Shown one piece after another: positions 1-11,091 of a stretch of DNA of 47,079 bases (the first letter of the stretch is position 1; every line of letters starts with the position of its first letter). Origin of the DNA: Histomonas meleagridis 2922-C6/04-290x (Eukaryota > Protista > Parabasalia); the NCBI GenBank assembly GCA_020184695.1, contig JAANOX010000223.1, positions 1 through 47,079 on the forward strand, read 5' to 3'. Both the position numbers and the translations under genes were made by a program. Under the pieces are notes generated by a model. That model did not search any database and was not told the DNA's origin. It saw only the letters and a list, made by a program, of their open reading frames with translations.

Positions 1-1150
1 TTTCTTCTATTGATATAACTGAATCTGGAACTTTAAATTCTTTAGATGAATTTCCATATGGATAACTTATGAGTTTTGTAATACTCTTATCATATAAAAC
101 TCCATCACGTTCTGTGTAATATGGATTTTCTTTGGAAATATTTATAATTTGAAGATTGTCACAACGAATAAATGGATTTGATGATATTGAAGAAACTGTT
201 TTTGAAATTGAAACAGTTTTAAGATTCAAACAGCCGTGAAACATGAGAGCCCCAATTGTTTGGACACCTTGATCAAAAAATACACATTCAAGGTTTGCGC
301 ACCCAAAAAATGCATTTGACCCAACTGTTGTAAGAGGGATTTTGAATTTCAATTTTTTTATTGCATTACAAAATCGAAATGCATTTGACCCAATACTTGT
401 TACACCTTTTCCATATGAAACATTTTCTATGTGAGGACATGAATCAAATGCATTTTCTCCAATTAAGGTGACTGAATTTGGAATTGTAAATGTTTTATTG
501 GCTTTTCCAAATGGATAAATAATGAGTTTTGCAATATTTTTGTCATATAAAACTCCATCATGTTCAGAATAATATGGATTTTCTTTGGAAATGTTTATGA
601 ATTTAAGATTTTGACAGTAAATAAATGGATTTGTTAATATTGAAGAAACTGTGCTTGAAATTGTAACATCTTTTAGCGCATAACAATTGTAAAACATATA
701 AGATCCGATTGTTTGAACACCTTCATCAAAAAATACACTATCAAGACCAGTACATCCTATGAAGACATTAAACCCAACCGTTGTAATAGGACATTTGAAT
801 CTCAAATTTTTTAATGATGTGCAATAACTAAATGCATTTGACATAATAATCTCTATACCTTCTCCAAATGAAACATTTTTCAAGATATAACAATAAGAAA
901 ATGCACTTTCTCCAATTGATGTAACTGAACTATTAATTACAGCAGTAATTAATAAACTCCATACATAAAAAGCTTTACTTGGAATTTCTGTAATTCCACT
1001 TGAAATAATAACATGCTTTGTCTTGTTTTTGTAATCGTCATTAAATTCACTCGATTTCGTAATAGTTAATGTTGACGTTTTATTATCAAAAATTTGGAAC
1101 GAATGAGAAAAAAAGATAATAAATATGATGAAAATAAAGTTAAAATTCAT
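1..1150 (-). CDS. BspA-like (TpLRR/LRR_5) surface protein, 3' end outside window
   Basis: Manual translation from ATG at 1150: MNFNFIFIIFIIFFSHSFQIFDN (signal-like), then repeated TpLRR units (IPSKAFYVW, IGESAFSYC, IGSNAFRFC, GVLYDK...YP). Appears open to the window edge, which would explain its absence from the ORF track. Confidence 0.85.
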   Translation of the reverse strand, partial: MNFNFIFIIFIIFFSHSFQIFDNKTSTLTITKSSEFNDDYKNKTKHVIISSGITEIPSKAFYVWSLLITAVINSSVTSIGESAFSYCYILKNVSFGEGIEIIMSNAFSYCTSLKNLRFKCPITTVGFNVFIGCTGLDSVFFDEGVQTIGSYMFYNCYALKDVTISSTVSSILTNPFIYCQNLKFINISKENPYYSEHDGVLYDKNIAKLIIYPFGKANKTFTIPNSVTLIGENAFDSCPHIENVSYGKGVTSIGSNAFRFCNAIKKLKFKIPLTTVGSNAFFGCANLECVFFDQGVQTIGALMFHGCLNLKTVSISKTVSSISSNPFIRCDNLQIINISKENPYYTERDGVLYDKSITKLISYPYGNSSKEFKVPDSVISIEE

Positions 1151-2106
1151 TTTATTTTTGATTTGTTGTTTAATTAATTGACGTTTTATCAATGAATAAA
1201 TAATAACGATTGATATAAATATATTAGAATATAATTTAGTATTTATTTGAAAAGATTTAAAAAGATTGAAGAAATTTGAAAAGAAAGATGATAAACATTC
1301 ATTTACATGTTCAAAATAAATAACCAATTGATATAAATTATGATAAAGATATGAATTTCGAATGTTTATTTGTAAATATTTAAATGTTTCATTACTTTTT
1401 AATGAATTATTAAACATGTCATTATGATTTACAGGATAATTATAAATATAATTAAGTTCTTTGTTTTCATTATTTAAAGAATGTTTAAAATTAGATACTA
1501 GCATGTAAAGATAATTTCCAATTACCATTTGTATTGATATCATTGCAAAATAATACAAAATATAATTTTGATTTTTAATTATATAATAATTTTTTGACTC
1601 AAAAACTACTTCAAAATAAACATGCTTTTTACATTCAAATATATTTATTTGATTTTTTTAAATGACGTATCAATTAAATAAAAAAACATATTTATAATTA
1701 TGTAGTTGGTGATTTATAAGTAGCTAAATAATTAAATTGTGCATTTTGTTTCAAAGAGTTTTTTTAGAAATCATTTTTTTTGTTTTTTTTCATTTTAGCG
1801 ATTTAAATAAAATTTAATGTTTGGTTATATTTATTTTTGATATCATAAATACAACTACAATTGGTGAAAATGAAATTATTGTAATTTCTCTCTTGAGGAT
1901 TTTTTAAACAATATAATATTTCACTTGAATAACAATATTAATATGGGATATGAAAAAATCTTATTGCGAAGAAATTCGTTTTAAGATTATGGAAAAATTT
2001 TAATATATATAAGAAATAATATTCCAAAGAATTATTTTAAAATCATGAAATCCAATAAATATTATAAGTTGGAATTTTAATGTTTTACTTATGAAATCCT
2101 TTTATA

Positions 2107-3720
2107 TCATACGTATACGACAAATTTGTCTTCTTTGAAATCTTTTGCAAATGGATCTTCTTCAACATTATGTTTTGCATAGTCTAATGGAAGATGTGTT
2201 TCTATTACTTCCATATCATTATCGCTATCTCCAACTTCACTTGTATTTTCTATCGTATCTTGACGATTATTTCTAACACGAACTAATAGCAAAATAATCA
2301 ATACAATAATAACAACCAAAGCAGATGTAACTCCAACTCCAATATAAAGATTTGTATTATCAGTATTTTTATTTTCGCTATTTTTAGCATAAAAATTAAG
2401 ACCTGAGTAAAAAGTGAAATATTTAGAATAACTAATAAGTGTATAACCATAAAATACAATCGGTGTTAGAATATATGTTAATGATGAATCGATTTGGGTA
2501 AGAATAAATGAATTTGTGTATGAACTATAAAAACTTAATGTTTGCGTATAAGATACAATATATGATAATGTATATGAACATGTTACATCAGAGTCAAATG
2601 TATTTGAATATGTAAATGTAAGTGATGGTAATGGGTTACAATCACTAATTATTCCTTTAGTGATTTTTAATTCTCCGAATGATTCACCTTGATATTTTTC
2701 ATATACCATAACAGTATCTGCTAAAACATTTGTAAAACAAGTACCATTAATTGTTGGACAAGTTTCGCCATAAAAATAAATACACTTGAGTGAATTACAA
2801 TCTGAAAATGCATTTCTTCCAATATCTCTTACACTTTCTCCAATGATAATTGATTCCAATTGTTTACAGGTTGAAAAACAACTTACTTGTATTTCAACAA
2901 CAGAGTTTGGAATTGTGAAGTTTGTGAATGAACATTCATAGAATGCATAACTATGTATTGCTATTACATTATCACTTAATGTAATTGAAGTTAGTTTCTT
3001 GCACCCTTCAAAAGCATGTGCTTCAATCGAATTTACTGAGTCTGGAGCTGTGTAGCTTTCTGTGGTATTTCCACATGGATAACAGATGATTTTTGTGATT
3101 CCTTTATCATATAAAACACCATCGCATTCATAGTTAGAATAATACGAATTTTCGCTGGAAACATTTATGAATTGAAGTTTTAGACAACGTAGAAAAGGAT
3201 TTGTTGATATCGAAGAAACTGTGCTTGGAATTGTAACAGACTTAAGTTTAACACAATTTTGAAACATATAAGTTCCAATTGTTTGAACATTTTCACCGAA
3301 ATATACAGTTTCAAGATCCGAGCAATCATAAAATACATTGGATCCAACTATTGATAGAGGACTTTTAATTTTTATCTCTTTTAATGATCGACAATATTGA
3401 AATGCATGGCCGCTAATATTTGTAACACCTTCACCAAATGTAATATTATCTAATTTATTACAATAATAAAATGCTCTTTCCCCAATTGTTGTAACTGAGT
3501 CATTAATTACAGCTGTTATCATTGAGGTCCATCTATAAAAAGCATTGTCTGGAATTTCAGTTATTCCGCTTGAAATGATAACATGTTTCGTTAAGTTTTG
3601 ATATTCTTTTGTAAATTCACTCGAATTCGTAACAGTTAATGTTGATGTTTCATTATCAAAAATTTGTAACGAATTAGAAAAAAAAAAAATAAATACTATG
3701 AGAATAAAGTTAAAATTCAT
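2107..3720 (-). CDS. BspA-like LRR surface protein with signal peptide, Ser/Thr-rich stalk, TM helix and acidic cytoplasmic tail (~537 aa)
   Basis: ORF 2107-3939; probable start is MNFNFILIVF at 3720 by analogy with the paralog at 1150. TpLRR repeats (TIGERAFYYC, SIEAHAFEGC), TM IGVGVTSALVVIIVLIILLLV, tail ending DPFAKDFKEDKFVVYV. Confidence 0.9.
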   Translation of the reverse strand: MNFNFILIVFIFFFSNSLQIFDNETSTLTVTNSSEFTKEYQNLTKHVIISSGITEIPDNAFYRWTSMITAVINDSVTTIGERAFYYCNKLDNITFGEGVTNISGHAFQYCRSLKEIKIKSPLSIVGSNVFYDCSDLETVYFGENVQTIGTYMFQNCVKLKSVTIPSTVSSISTNPFLRCLKLQFINVSSENSYYSNYECDGVLYDKGITKIICYPCGNTTESYTAPDSVNSIEAHAFEGCKKLTSITLSDNVIAIHSYAFYECSFTNFTIPNSVVEIQVSCFSTCKQLESIIIGESVRDIGRNAFSDCNSLKCIYFYGETCPTINGTCFTNVLADTVMVYEKYQGESFGELKITKGIISDCNPLPSLTFTYSNTFDSDVTCSYTLSYIVSYTQTLSFYSSYTNSFILTQIDSSLTYILTPIVFYGYTLISYSKYFTFYSGLNFYAKNSENKNTDNTNLYIGVGVTSALVVIIVLIILLLVRVRNNRQDTIENTSEVGDSDNDMEVIETHLPLDYAKHNVEEDPFAKDFKEDKFVVYV

Positions 3721-4124
3721 CTTATTTTTGATTTGTTGTTTAATTAATTTATGCTTTATTGATGAATGGGTGATAAATAATAAATAACAAAGATAATTTA
3801 TGGAAAAAATATTTAAAAAATTATTAATAAAATTGAATTTTTGGTTCAAATAATACTTAATTTTTTCATTTTTTAAACAATGCTTAAAACTATTTATTGG
3901 CATGTAAAAATTTGCACCAAATGATAAATAACCTAGCATCCAAAACCTACCTTAGAAAAAAATGAATTACCATCATACTGTCTAAAAAACCAAACAAAAT
4001 AAATTTATCTTTTAAGAGTTGGTTCAGTCCTTTTTGGTTTTTGTAAGACGTGATTTTAACGGTCTCGAATTATTTTTCTTCTAACTAAAAATAAATTTTA
4101 TTATTGAATCAATTCGAAATTTTA

Positions 4125-4720
4125 TTGAGATTATAATGGAATGCTCCACAACCAAATGCGCCTAAAATGATATGGTCAACGTTATTCTAAATACAACATT
4201 GAAAAATTGTTTGAATACGTGAATCTCTCTATTAAGTTGATCAATATCGATACCTTTTCGAACGCTAAGATAATCAACAGCAGATGTAATAAGTGTTGCA
4301 AAAATTGGTTTGTCCAAAAGTGTAAAATCTAGTAATTTTTCCTTCAAATTGTACATTTGGACTGAAAATTAAGTAACTGGATGCTTCGCCTTTGGTATTA
4401 TATATGCTTTATTCATAAAATTCATTCTTTTGTATTAAGGAATAATTAATTTTATGAAAGTTGTCCTGGTATATAATCTTCTTGTGAACTTACTTTTCTT
4501 GTTATGGCTGGTACATTCATTGTAACAGGTGCATTGAATACTATTTGGAAGATTTCTCTGGTGACTGAATCAGACGAAAACTTTATTGAGTCGATGGTTT
4601 CTTGTAACGTTTAGATAACCTATTCAATTTTCGCTTTTTGAATGCGCCGATCATAGCTAAAGCGACCTGGTATTTTGTTTCACTAAATTTTTACTTGTCC
4701 TGGACTTTGCAAAACAAAAA
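4125..4720 (-). pseudogene. Degenerate microbial-type PARG (DUF2263/TIGR02452-like)
   Basis: Across frames: SSQEDYI ... YLIFSPNV ... LLDKPIFATLITSA ... RIQTILQCCI*NNVDHIILGAFGCGAFHYN, matching the order of family motifs QEE, IYSPxV, FITxAA, LGAWGCGAF. Several stops and frameshifts. Confidence 0.6.
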
Positions 4721-4959
4721 TGAACAATTCAGTTTATTCAATAAAAAATATTTTTCTTAAATAAAGAAAATGTTGCTCAAGTAGTTCTTTCAGTGTTTGA
4801 TATATTTGATAATAATTGTCAGTATTCATTAGTAAAATAATTTATTCACTATTTGTAGCAGGAATGAATAATTCAAAAGTCTATATGAATATCATTAAAG
4901 AAATAAAAAAAATTTGAAGATAACAAACAGATACAAAAAGAAAAATACATTAAGTTTTT

Positions 4960-5585
4960 CTTGAAAAATGATTTTGAAAATATGTTATCAAGAATCAAAT
5001 TATTTTCTTGAGAGAATGATTCAAGAAAATTTATGTGAATCGAACATAATTGAACAGGTGAGAGAAGAATCATATTTTATACCTTACATGTCCAAAAATT
5101 CCAGAAGAGAATGACTATTTGAAACCAAAAATGGGAAACATTAAAGAACTTTCAAAGAATGATTGGGAAATTAACAAGAAATTAATCAAAGAAAGTGTTA
5201 ATCCAAATGAAATTGCAAAAATAATAATTCGAAATGATGAAATAGAAAAACTTCAAGAAATATCATCACAACCAAATTTTGATTTTAATCAAACAATTGA
5301 ACCATCACTTTATGAAAGATGTTCATTTATTAATAAAAAAAATGTTTCATTAATTGATTATGCAGCATTTTTTTCTTCTATTAAATGTTTTAAATATTTA
5401 CGTATGAATAATGCAAATGTAAATAACACATGTAAACATGCAATTGCAGGTGGAAATGAAGAAATCATTCATCATTTGAGGATGCATATGAAATAGCAAT
5501 TGAATTCCATCGAAATGATATCTTCAAATACATACATGAAAATAAAATATGTCATATTAAAAAATCAGAAAAATTAAAAATTTAA
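4960..5585 (+). pseudogene. Trichomonad ankyrin-repeat/DUF3447-type protein fragment A
   Basis: NPNEIAKIIRNDEIEKLQE, SLIDYAAFFSSIKCFKYL, AIAGGNEEIIH, then AIEFHRNDIFKY in another frame. The frameshift after IIHHL is shared with the R copy. Confidence 0.7.
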
Positions 5586-5840
5586 AAAATGAAAAAATTC
5601 CAAAGATCTGGCTAGCAGATGCTCATTTGGGAAAGTATCTAATAACAACCCGCTCACCTCATGTTTTTGGTCTTTTCTTTTATCAATTATAATTTTTACA
5701 CGCATATTTTTATAGTTTTTTTAATATTAACACATTAACAAATTTTTTCAATCCCAATATTTTTTCTATTATACTCATTTCTTTTTTATAATTTTATATC
5801 TATATCTTAATAAGTTTATTTTAAAAATTTCTTATTGTTT

Positions 5841-5871
5841 GCTTCGCTTTGATCCGCAAACGGCGCGAAGC
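5841..5871. other. GC-rich two-tier hairpin GCTTCGC...GCGAAGC
   Basis: 7-bp inverted repeat (5841-5847/5865-5871) with an inner TTTG/CAAA stem, in an otherwise very AT-rich background. Mirrored at 39008-39038. Confidence 0.7.
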
Positions 5872-5992
5872 GCATTCTTGTTATGATAAGATTCTCAATT
5901 AAAATATCTAAAAATCAATCAGAAGAAATTCAAAAATGCATTATATTTGGAATAAATAGCTATATTATATTACCATATTATACAGAAACCTT

Positions 5993-6960
5993 TTGAAAAT
6001 GTTGAATCGAGGATACTCAAAATTTTATTATTTATCTTTCCCAAAAAGTGGTTTCAACTTGTTATTGATGAAACTCTCGAAATCATTAGAATCAATTGTC
6101 TTTAATTTAAACGAAAATAATTTAGAAACATCAGTTCAAGAAACAATTAATTTATTTGTTGATGTACTACCATATACATTTAACTATCTTGTTACCATAC
6201 TTATATTTCAGTATTTGTTTCTCAAGCTTATGATGAAAATACATATATTAAATATTTATTGATTTTAAATGCAAAAGAAGAAGAAGAAGAAGAAGAAAAA
6301 CCAAAGTAAAACTGAAGTTAATATTGTTCAAATATTTTGTAAATATTTACTGAAAATAAAAAAGCAAGAATCATATTTCCTTCTTGAAAAGATGATCGAA
6401 GAAGAAATAGGTGAACCATCTTCAGTAAAGAATGTGAACACATTATATTTTTCTCAATATAAAACAAAAGAAGAAATAAACAAATTAATGAACAAATGGG
6501 CAGAACCTCATAAATTATCAAAAAATGCTTGGAAATTTCATATGCAATATGTAAAAGAAGGAGTTAATCCATTAGAGGTTGCGAAATGATGATTTAGAAA
6601 AGCTTCAAGAAATATCATCACATAATGAATTTGACTTTAATCAAATAATTGAACCATCACTTTCTGAAAGATGTTCATTTGTTAATACTAAAAAAATGTT
6701 TCATTAATTGATTATTGTGCATTTTTTAGTTTGATTAAATGTTTTAAATATTTATTATCAAATAATTCTAATATTAAAAATACATCTAAATATGCAATTG
6801 CAGGTGGAAACTTAGAAATTATTTATTTATGAGAACAAAACAATTCATCATTTAAAGAAGCATCTGAAACAACGATCGAATTTCATCGAAATGAAATTTT
6901 TCGTTCTCTTTATGAAAATAAAATTAACATTTTTTTCCATACGTGCTTGCCACATTTTTA
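5993..6960 (+). pseudogene. Trichomonad ankyrin-repeat/DUF3447-type protein fragment B
   Basis: GVNPLEVAK, LIDYCAFF..IKCFKYLL, AIAGGNLEII, IEFHRNEIF in shifting frames, with an in-frame TGA at ~6830. Confidence 0.65.
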
Positions 6961-6997
6961 GAATTTCAGGTGGCAATGAAAGAGTTTAAGTATATAA

Positions 6998-9900
6998 GTG
7001 GTCCAAGAAAATTTAAAACGAGAATATCTCGAAAACGATCCATAGGTGTATAGTAAAAATTTAGTGACATTGCTTCTATTATGTGTAGAGTATAAATAAT
7101 TCAAAAAATCGAATTTAAAATCTTGATCATTCCATGCTGGCAGATGCGCATCTGTAATCTCAAAATGTTCATTTTCAATTATCTGTAAGAACAACATTTC
7201 TATGTAGCTAGTCATTCTATATATCGAGCATCAACATGATTCTTTCTCTCCTTTCATAAAAAATCAATAGATCAACTTGATTTACTTATAGAGAAAGATG
7301 TACCACTACAAATCGCTTAGCCACACCTATTAACGTAAACTATAAACCTAAGTCTAAACTATATATCAATGTTGAAATGTTTTCAACGTCCAATATCAAG
7401 AAAACTAATAACAAAATCATTTCATCATGTCTTTTAATATGTAACTAGAATAAAACTTCTATATTTTTTATAATTAATTGCATGCAATTGGATATCTTTT
7501 AGCATAAGTGTGAAGTTCACTGTTTATATATTCTAGGAAGATCAATTCACGGTAATAAAAATTAACAATCGAACACTGTGCTTTTTATGCAATAAAATCA
7601 CATAGAATGATACACCATCACTCTTTGATCAAATATATGTTATAAGCGTAGTGGCAAGTGAAGAAGATAGGTGCAAAAGCTTTTCTTTTCACTGCTTCTT
7701 AACGTATGAACGATAAGTCTTTCAATTCATAACGATCATGTCAAATCAATTTTAACAAATTTAATGAGCAAAAAAACAGAGAAAGCAACCCTTTCCAGGC
7801 AAATTGGTAGGCTAAAAAAGGATATTTCTAATCTTGAACAATCATTGGGGTACTACAAGAAAAGAACCCAGATACTCGAGAAAATAATAGAAGATCATGA
7901 TCCCACATTACTTCCACCAAGATCTTTCAAGGGTCAAAGGGAGTTCTATGAAGAATATTTGAGGAAATAAAAATCGGTTGACGAGCCCGTATACAAACCC
8001 ATACCTTTTGGGGAACAATTATCATTTGAATCACAGAACAATTCCAATCGTTTTCCTAAATCTCGGCAATGGAGTCCCAATGTAATTATATTTTGTTTCA
8101 TATTAAGAACTCTCAGAAGTAAGTGTTATGACTATCTTCGCTCCGTCATAACATTGCCATGTAAACAGACGCTGTACAATCACTTTAGCCATATTCAAAA
8201 TTCGTGGAAGGAGTGTTTAACCATATGTTCGGAAACAATCCGCATTATCAACCTATTTAGAAGAAGACATAACATTCAGTATTCTGAGAAAGTGGATATT
8301 GTTTTGGGTATAGATGCTATGTCAATGGAACCTGTTACAAAAGAAATTTATGATGCAAAGAGAGGGGACAATAATGCATTTTTAATACATTTACAACCTT
8401 TATCATGCAAGTATAAATGTCTTCCTTTACATGTGTTACCATACAAGAAGGGCAATGCAGATGAAGATGTCAGAATTCGGCTAAGATATCTTGCTGATTT
8501 TTTAGATGCAAATGGTTTCAATGTTCGCTGTATAGCAAGTGACGGTGATTCTGGATACTCTATAATTCATCGCGAACAGTTCAACAAGTGGTGGCCTATT
8601 TTTAGAAATAAGGGAATTGAAGATGCACTTGGGATTCTGCAGAATGATAGATTGATAATTGGCGACTTCTTACATCTATTGAAAAATGCTAGAAGCAGGA
8701 TATTGAATGGACAAATCTCAATATGTACAGACGGTAAGCTAGCCTTCACCGCGCTTGATATGGAAAAAGTACTACAGCTTGGAGCTCCATTAACAGACAC
8801 GTCACCAAAGGGAAGGATGAAGGATCATTATTGTTTGAAGATCTTTACTATGGAAAACTTCTTCCAATTGTTACATTCTAGCCACATTAACATGGCGTTT
8901 TACATACTTCCGTATGCTCTATGGTCACATGCTATTCGTAATTCATCGCTGTCACCTCAAACACGACTGGATTATCTTTGTTCTTTACTTGATATTTTTT
9001 TGCATATCATGCAAAAAACTTAGACAGGCTAACACCAAATGTACAACAAGTGAAACGTGGTCATGGTACGCAATATTGTTGTTCACTCAATCAATGCATT
9101 CGAATTATGAACACATTGATTGGTGTTTTGAGAGAGTTAAGAGCAAGGTCTGATGATCTGTGTCTGGAAAGATTGGGAACACATAATGTTGAATGTCAGT
9201 TTGGTTTAATACGTATTATGTGTCATAACAAACACAGCTGGGAAAAGATTATGAGTGCATTTTCACGTCTCACCTTAATGAATGATTTGACAACTGTGAT
9301 AGGTCGAAAGATCAACATAAGAACCAGGATGAATGTAGGTGGAGTGAAACTTACTGAAAAAGCAGGGCAATGTATTTGAGGAGTCACCCCAAGAGCTAAC
9401 TATGGAACAAGTGTTTGAGGCTGTTAATGTCGTCATGGAGAGACAAGCTGGAAGTGAAGATATACCATTTGAAACTGCTATTGAGTTATGCCCTGACCTG
9501 GCAGAGTTTGTGATGTGGTTGAATAGAATTCATGCTCAGTGGAAGGTGACAGGTGTTAGGTTGGAAGAAACCTACCAAGGAAGTCTAATCAGCAATTGTA
9601 CAATCTTAGCCAGACTCATTTCATTTTGCAAAAATGAGCCTATAAATGATGCAGACCTTGGAGATGAGGATACCAAAGAACAACAATCAGTAAGGCTGGA
9701 AGAAAATTTGTTTTGTGAGACAACCACACCTACCAGAAACGAATAATAAACGACCGTTTAAAGTATAAATTGGGAAAATCAAGCATGTTTTCACTTGTTT
9801 GAGTAACAAAGACACGATAACAGGAATAATGCTTTTTATAAACAGAATTAGAATATGAATTGAGAGTTGAAGAATAAAAAAAAAAAAAAAAATAAACAAA

Positions 9901-10031
9901 TTGCGATTTATTATCTTCCAAACCAACGTTCTCATATATGATATCAACATAACTATTTAACATACTGAGGTATTAGGTGAGATATTGCATGTTCTTTTTT
10001 ACTTTCCAAGTCATTTGGTGGGTTGGACCAC
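6998..10031 (+). mobile_element. P-element-superfamily DNA transposon (ends tentative)
   Basis: GC-richer ~3.0 kb block carrying a P-like transposase. Candidate ends are GTGGTCCAA (6998-7006) and TTGGACCAC (10023-10031), flanked by GTATATAA / GTATTTTA (6/8 match, possible decayed 8-bp TSD). Confidence 0.55.
7764..9746 (+). pseudogene. P-element/THAP9-like transposase (~660 codons when rejoined)
   Basis: Motifs WS..IIFCFILRTL..KCYDYLRSVITLPCKQTL, LGIDAMSM, IASDGDSG, GDFLHLLKNARSRIL, RMK..CLKIFT, LGTHNVECQFGLIR. In-frame TAA at 7968-7970 in both copies; frameshifts at ~9000 and ~9360 are homopolymer expansions absent from the R copy. Confidence 0.75.
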
Positions 10032-10281
10032 GTATTTTAAGTATTTTTATTTGAATGGGCATTACTGATTAATAAGTAAATTTGATTATTTAATGTGAAA
10101 TAAAGTTAATTAAAATCTTAGATAATTAAAATATCTTCATTATTTTTTATTATTATATGTTCAAAATCATTTTTTCTAAATTTAATTGTAATATAAGGAG
10201 TTATCAAAAGCGTTTTCGAATTTAATAATATATTGAAACGTTGAAGGTGTACACGTTTATTTACAAGTGGCCGTTTACGAA

Positions 10282-10988
10282 TCATTTCAATGGTTTTAAG
10301 CCCAAAAGCGCGCGGATACGATTTTCTTCTGCGATTTCATCAACAATAACAGGTTTCTCTTTTTTGTGTTTTTTCTTTGACTTGAACTTGAGCTTGCCTT
10401 TCAGTTTGAGTTTCTTTTTTTCTTCTATTTCTTCAAATAGTTGGCCATCAGGGGCCATTCCCATTTCTGCAAAAACTTCTTCACGAAGGGCTTCATTAAG
10501 ATGATTTAATGGTGAATGGCGTGGAGGCAATCCAACCCTTGGCGTAAGAGGAGGAAGTGAGACACCACACCAAAATTCATCATGAATAAACGAATGAATA
10601 ATCTCATCAAAAATGTGTAATTTGAAATTCATCATCACGAAGGATTGCTACTTGATTGTATTGCATAAGAAGTGGTTCAAGAACGATGTAAACTTCTTCT
10701 GGTGGAAATGTGAATCGAACATAAAGAGCTGCAAGCAAACGAAGATGTTTCATTTGCCAACAACGTGTGTTTAAGAAATATAAAATGATGTCTCTAGATG
10801 GTTCAAGTTCAAGAAGTTTGAGAAATAAGCACAAAAATTCACATGGAAGTTTAAGATGTCCATAAAGACCACCAACGCCTTTAATCATTTGTGCTCTATC
10901 AACAAAAACGACTAAATTAACACCAAAACAATATGTTTTGTATTGGGCTCCAAGAAGGATGAACATATTTACTTTTGCTTTCACTCAT
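10282..10988 (-). pseudogene. PRP38: PRP38 splicing factor, L copy with 89-bp deletion
   Basis: Matches 33882-34676 but lacks the segment equivalent to 33936-34024 (frameshifting; removes GTAPQHLL...YNSVYW). Also a +1 A at ~10610. Confidence 0.8.
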
Positions 10989-11091
10989 TTACAAAAATTT
11001 CTTGTCGCTTTTAATTGGTAATTGAATTGTTTACATTTCGTTCGTTATTTTATTCTTCTGGCAATTGTTGTGCAATCAAACGTGATTTTCT

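Noticed and set aside
3721-3939. 73-aa N-terminal extension of the 610-aa ORF
   Set aside because: Homologous to non-coding upstream DNA of the paralog at 1150; the signal peptide starts at 3720.
5841-5890. Hairpin as a Helitron 3' end
   Set aside because: No CTRR terminus at the expected distance on either strand.
8567-8800. Short antisense ORFs over the transposase, PRP38, PDE and BspA (e.g. 8567, 10241, 11907, 13174, 28865, 42957)
   Set aside because: Shadow frames of well-supported genes on the opposite strand.
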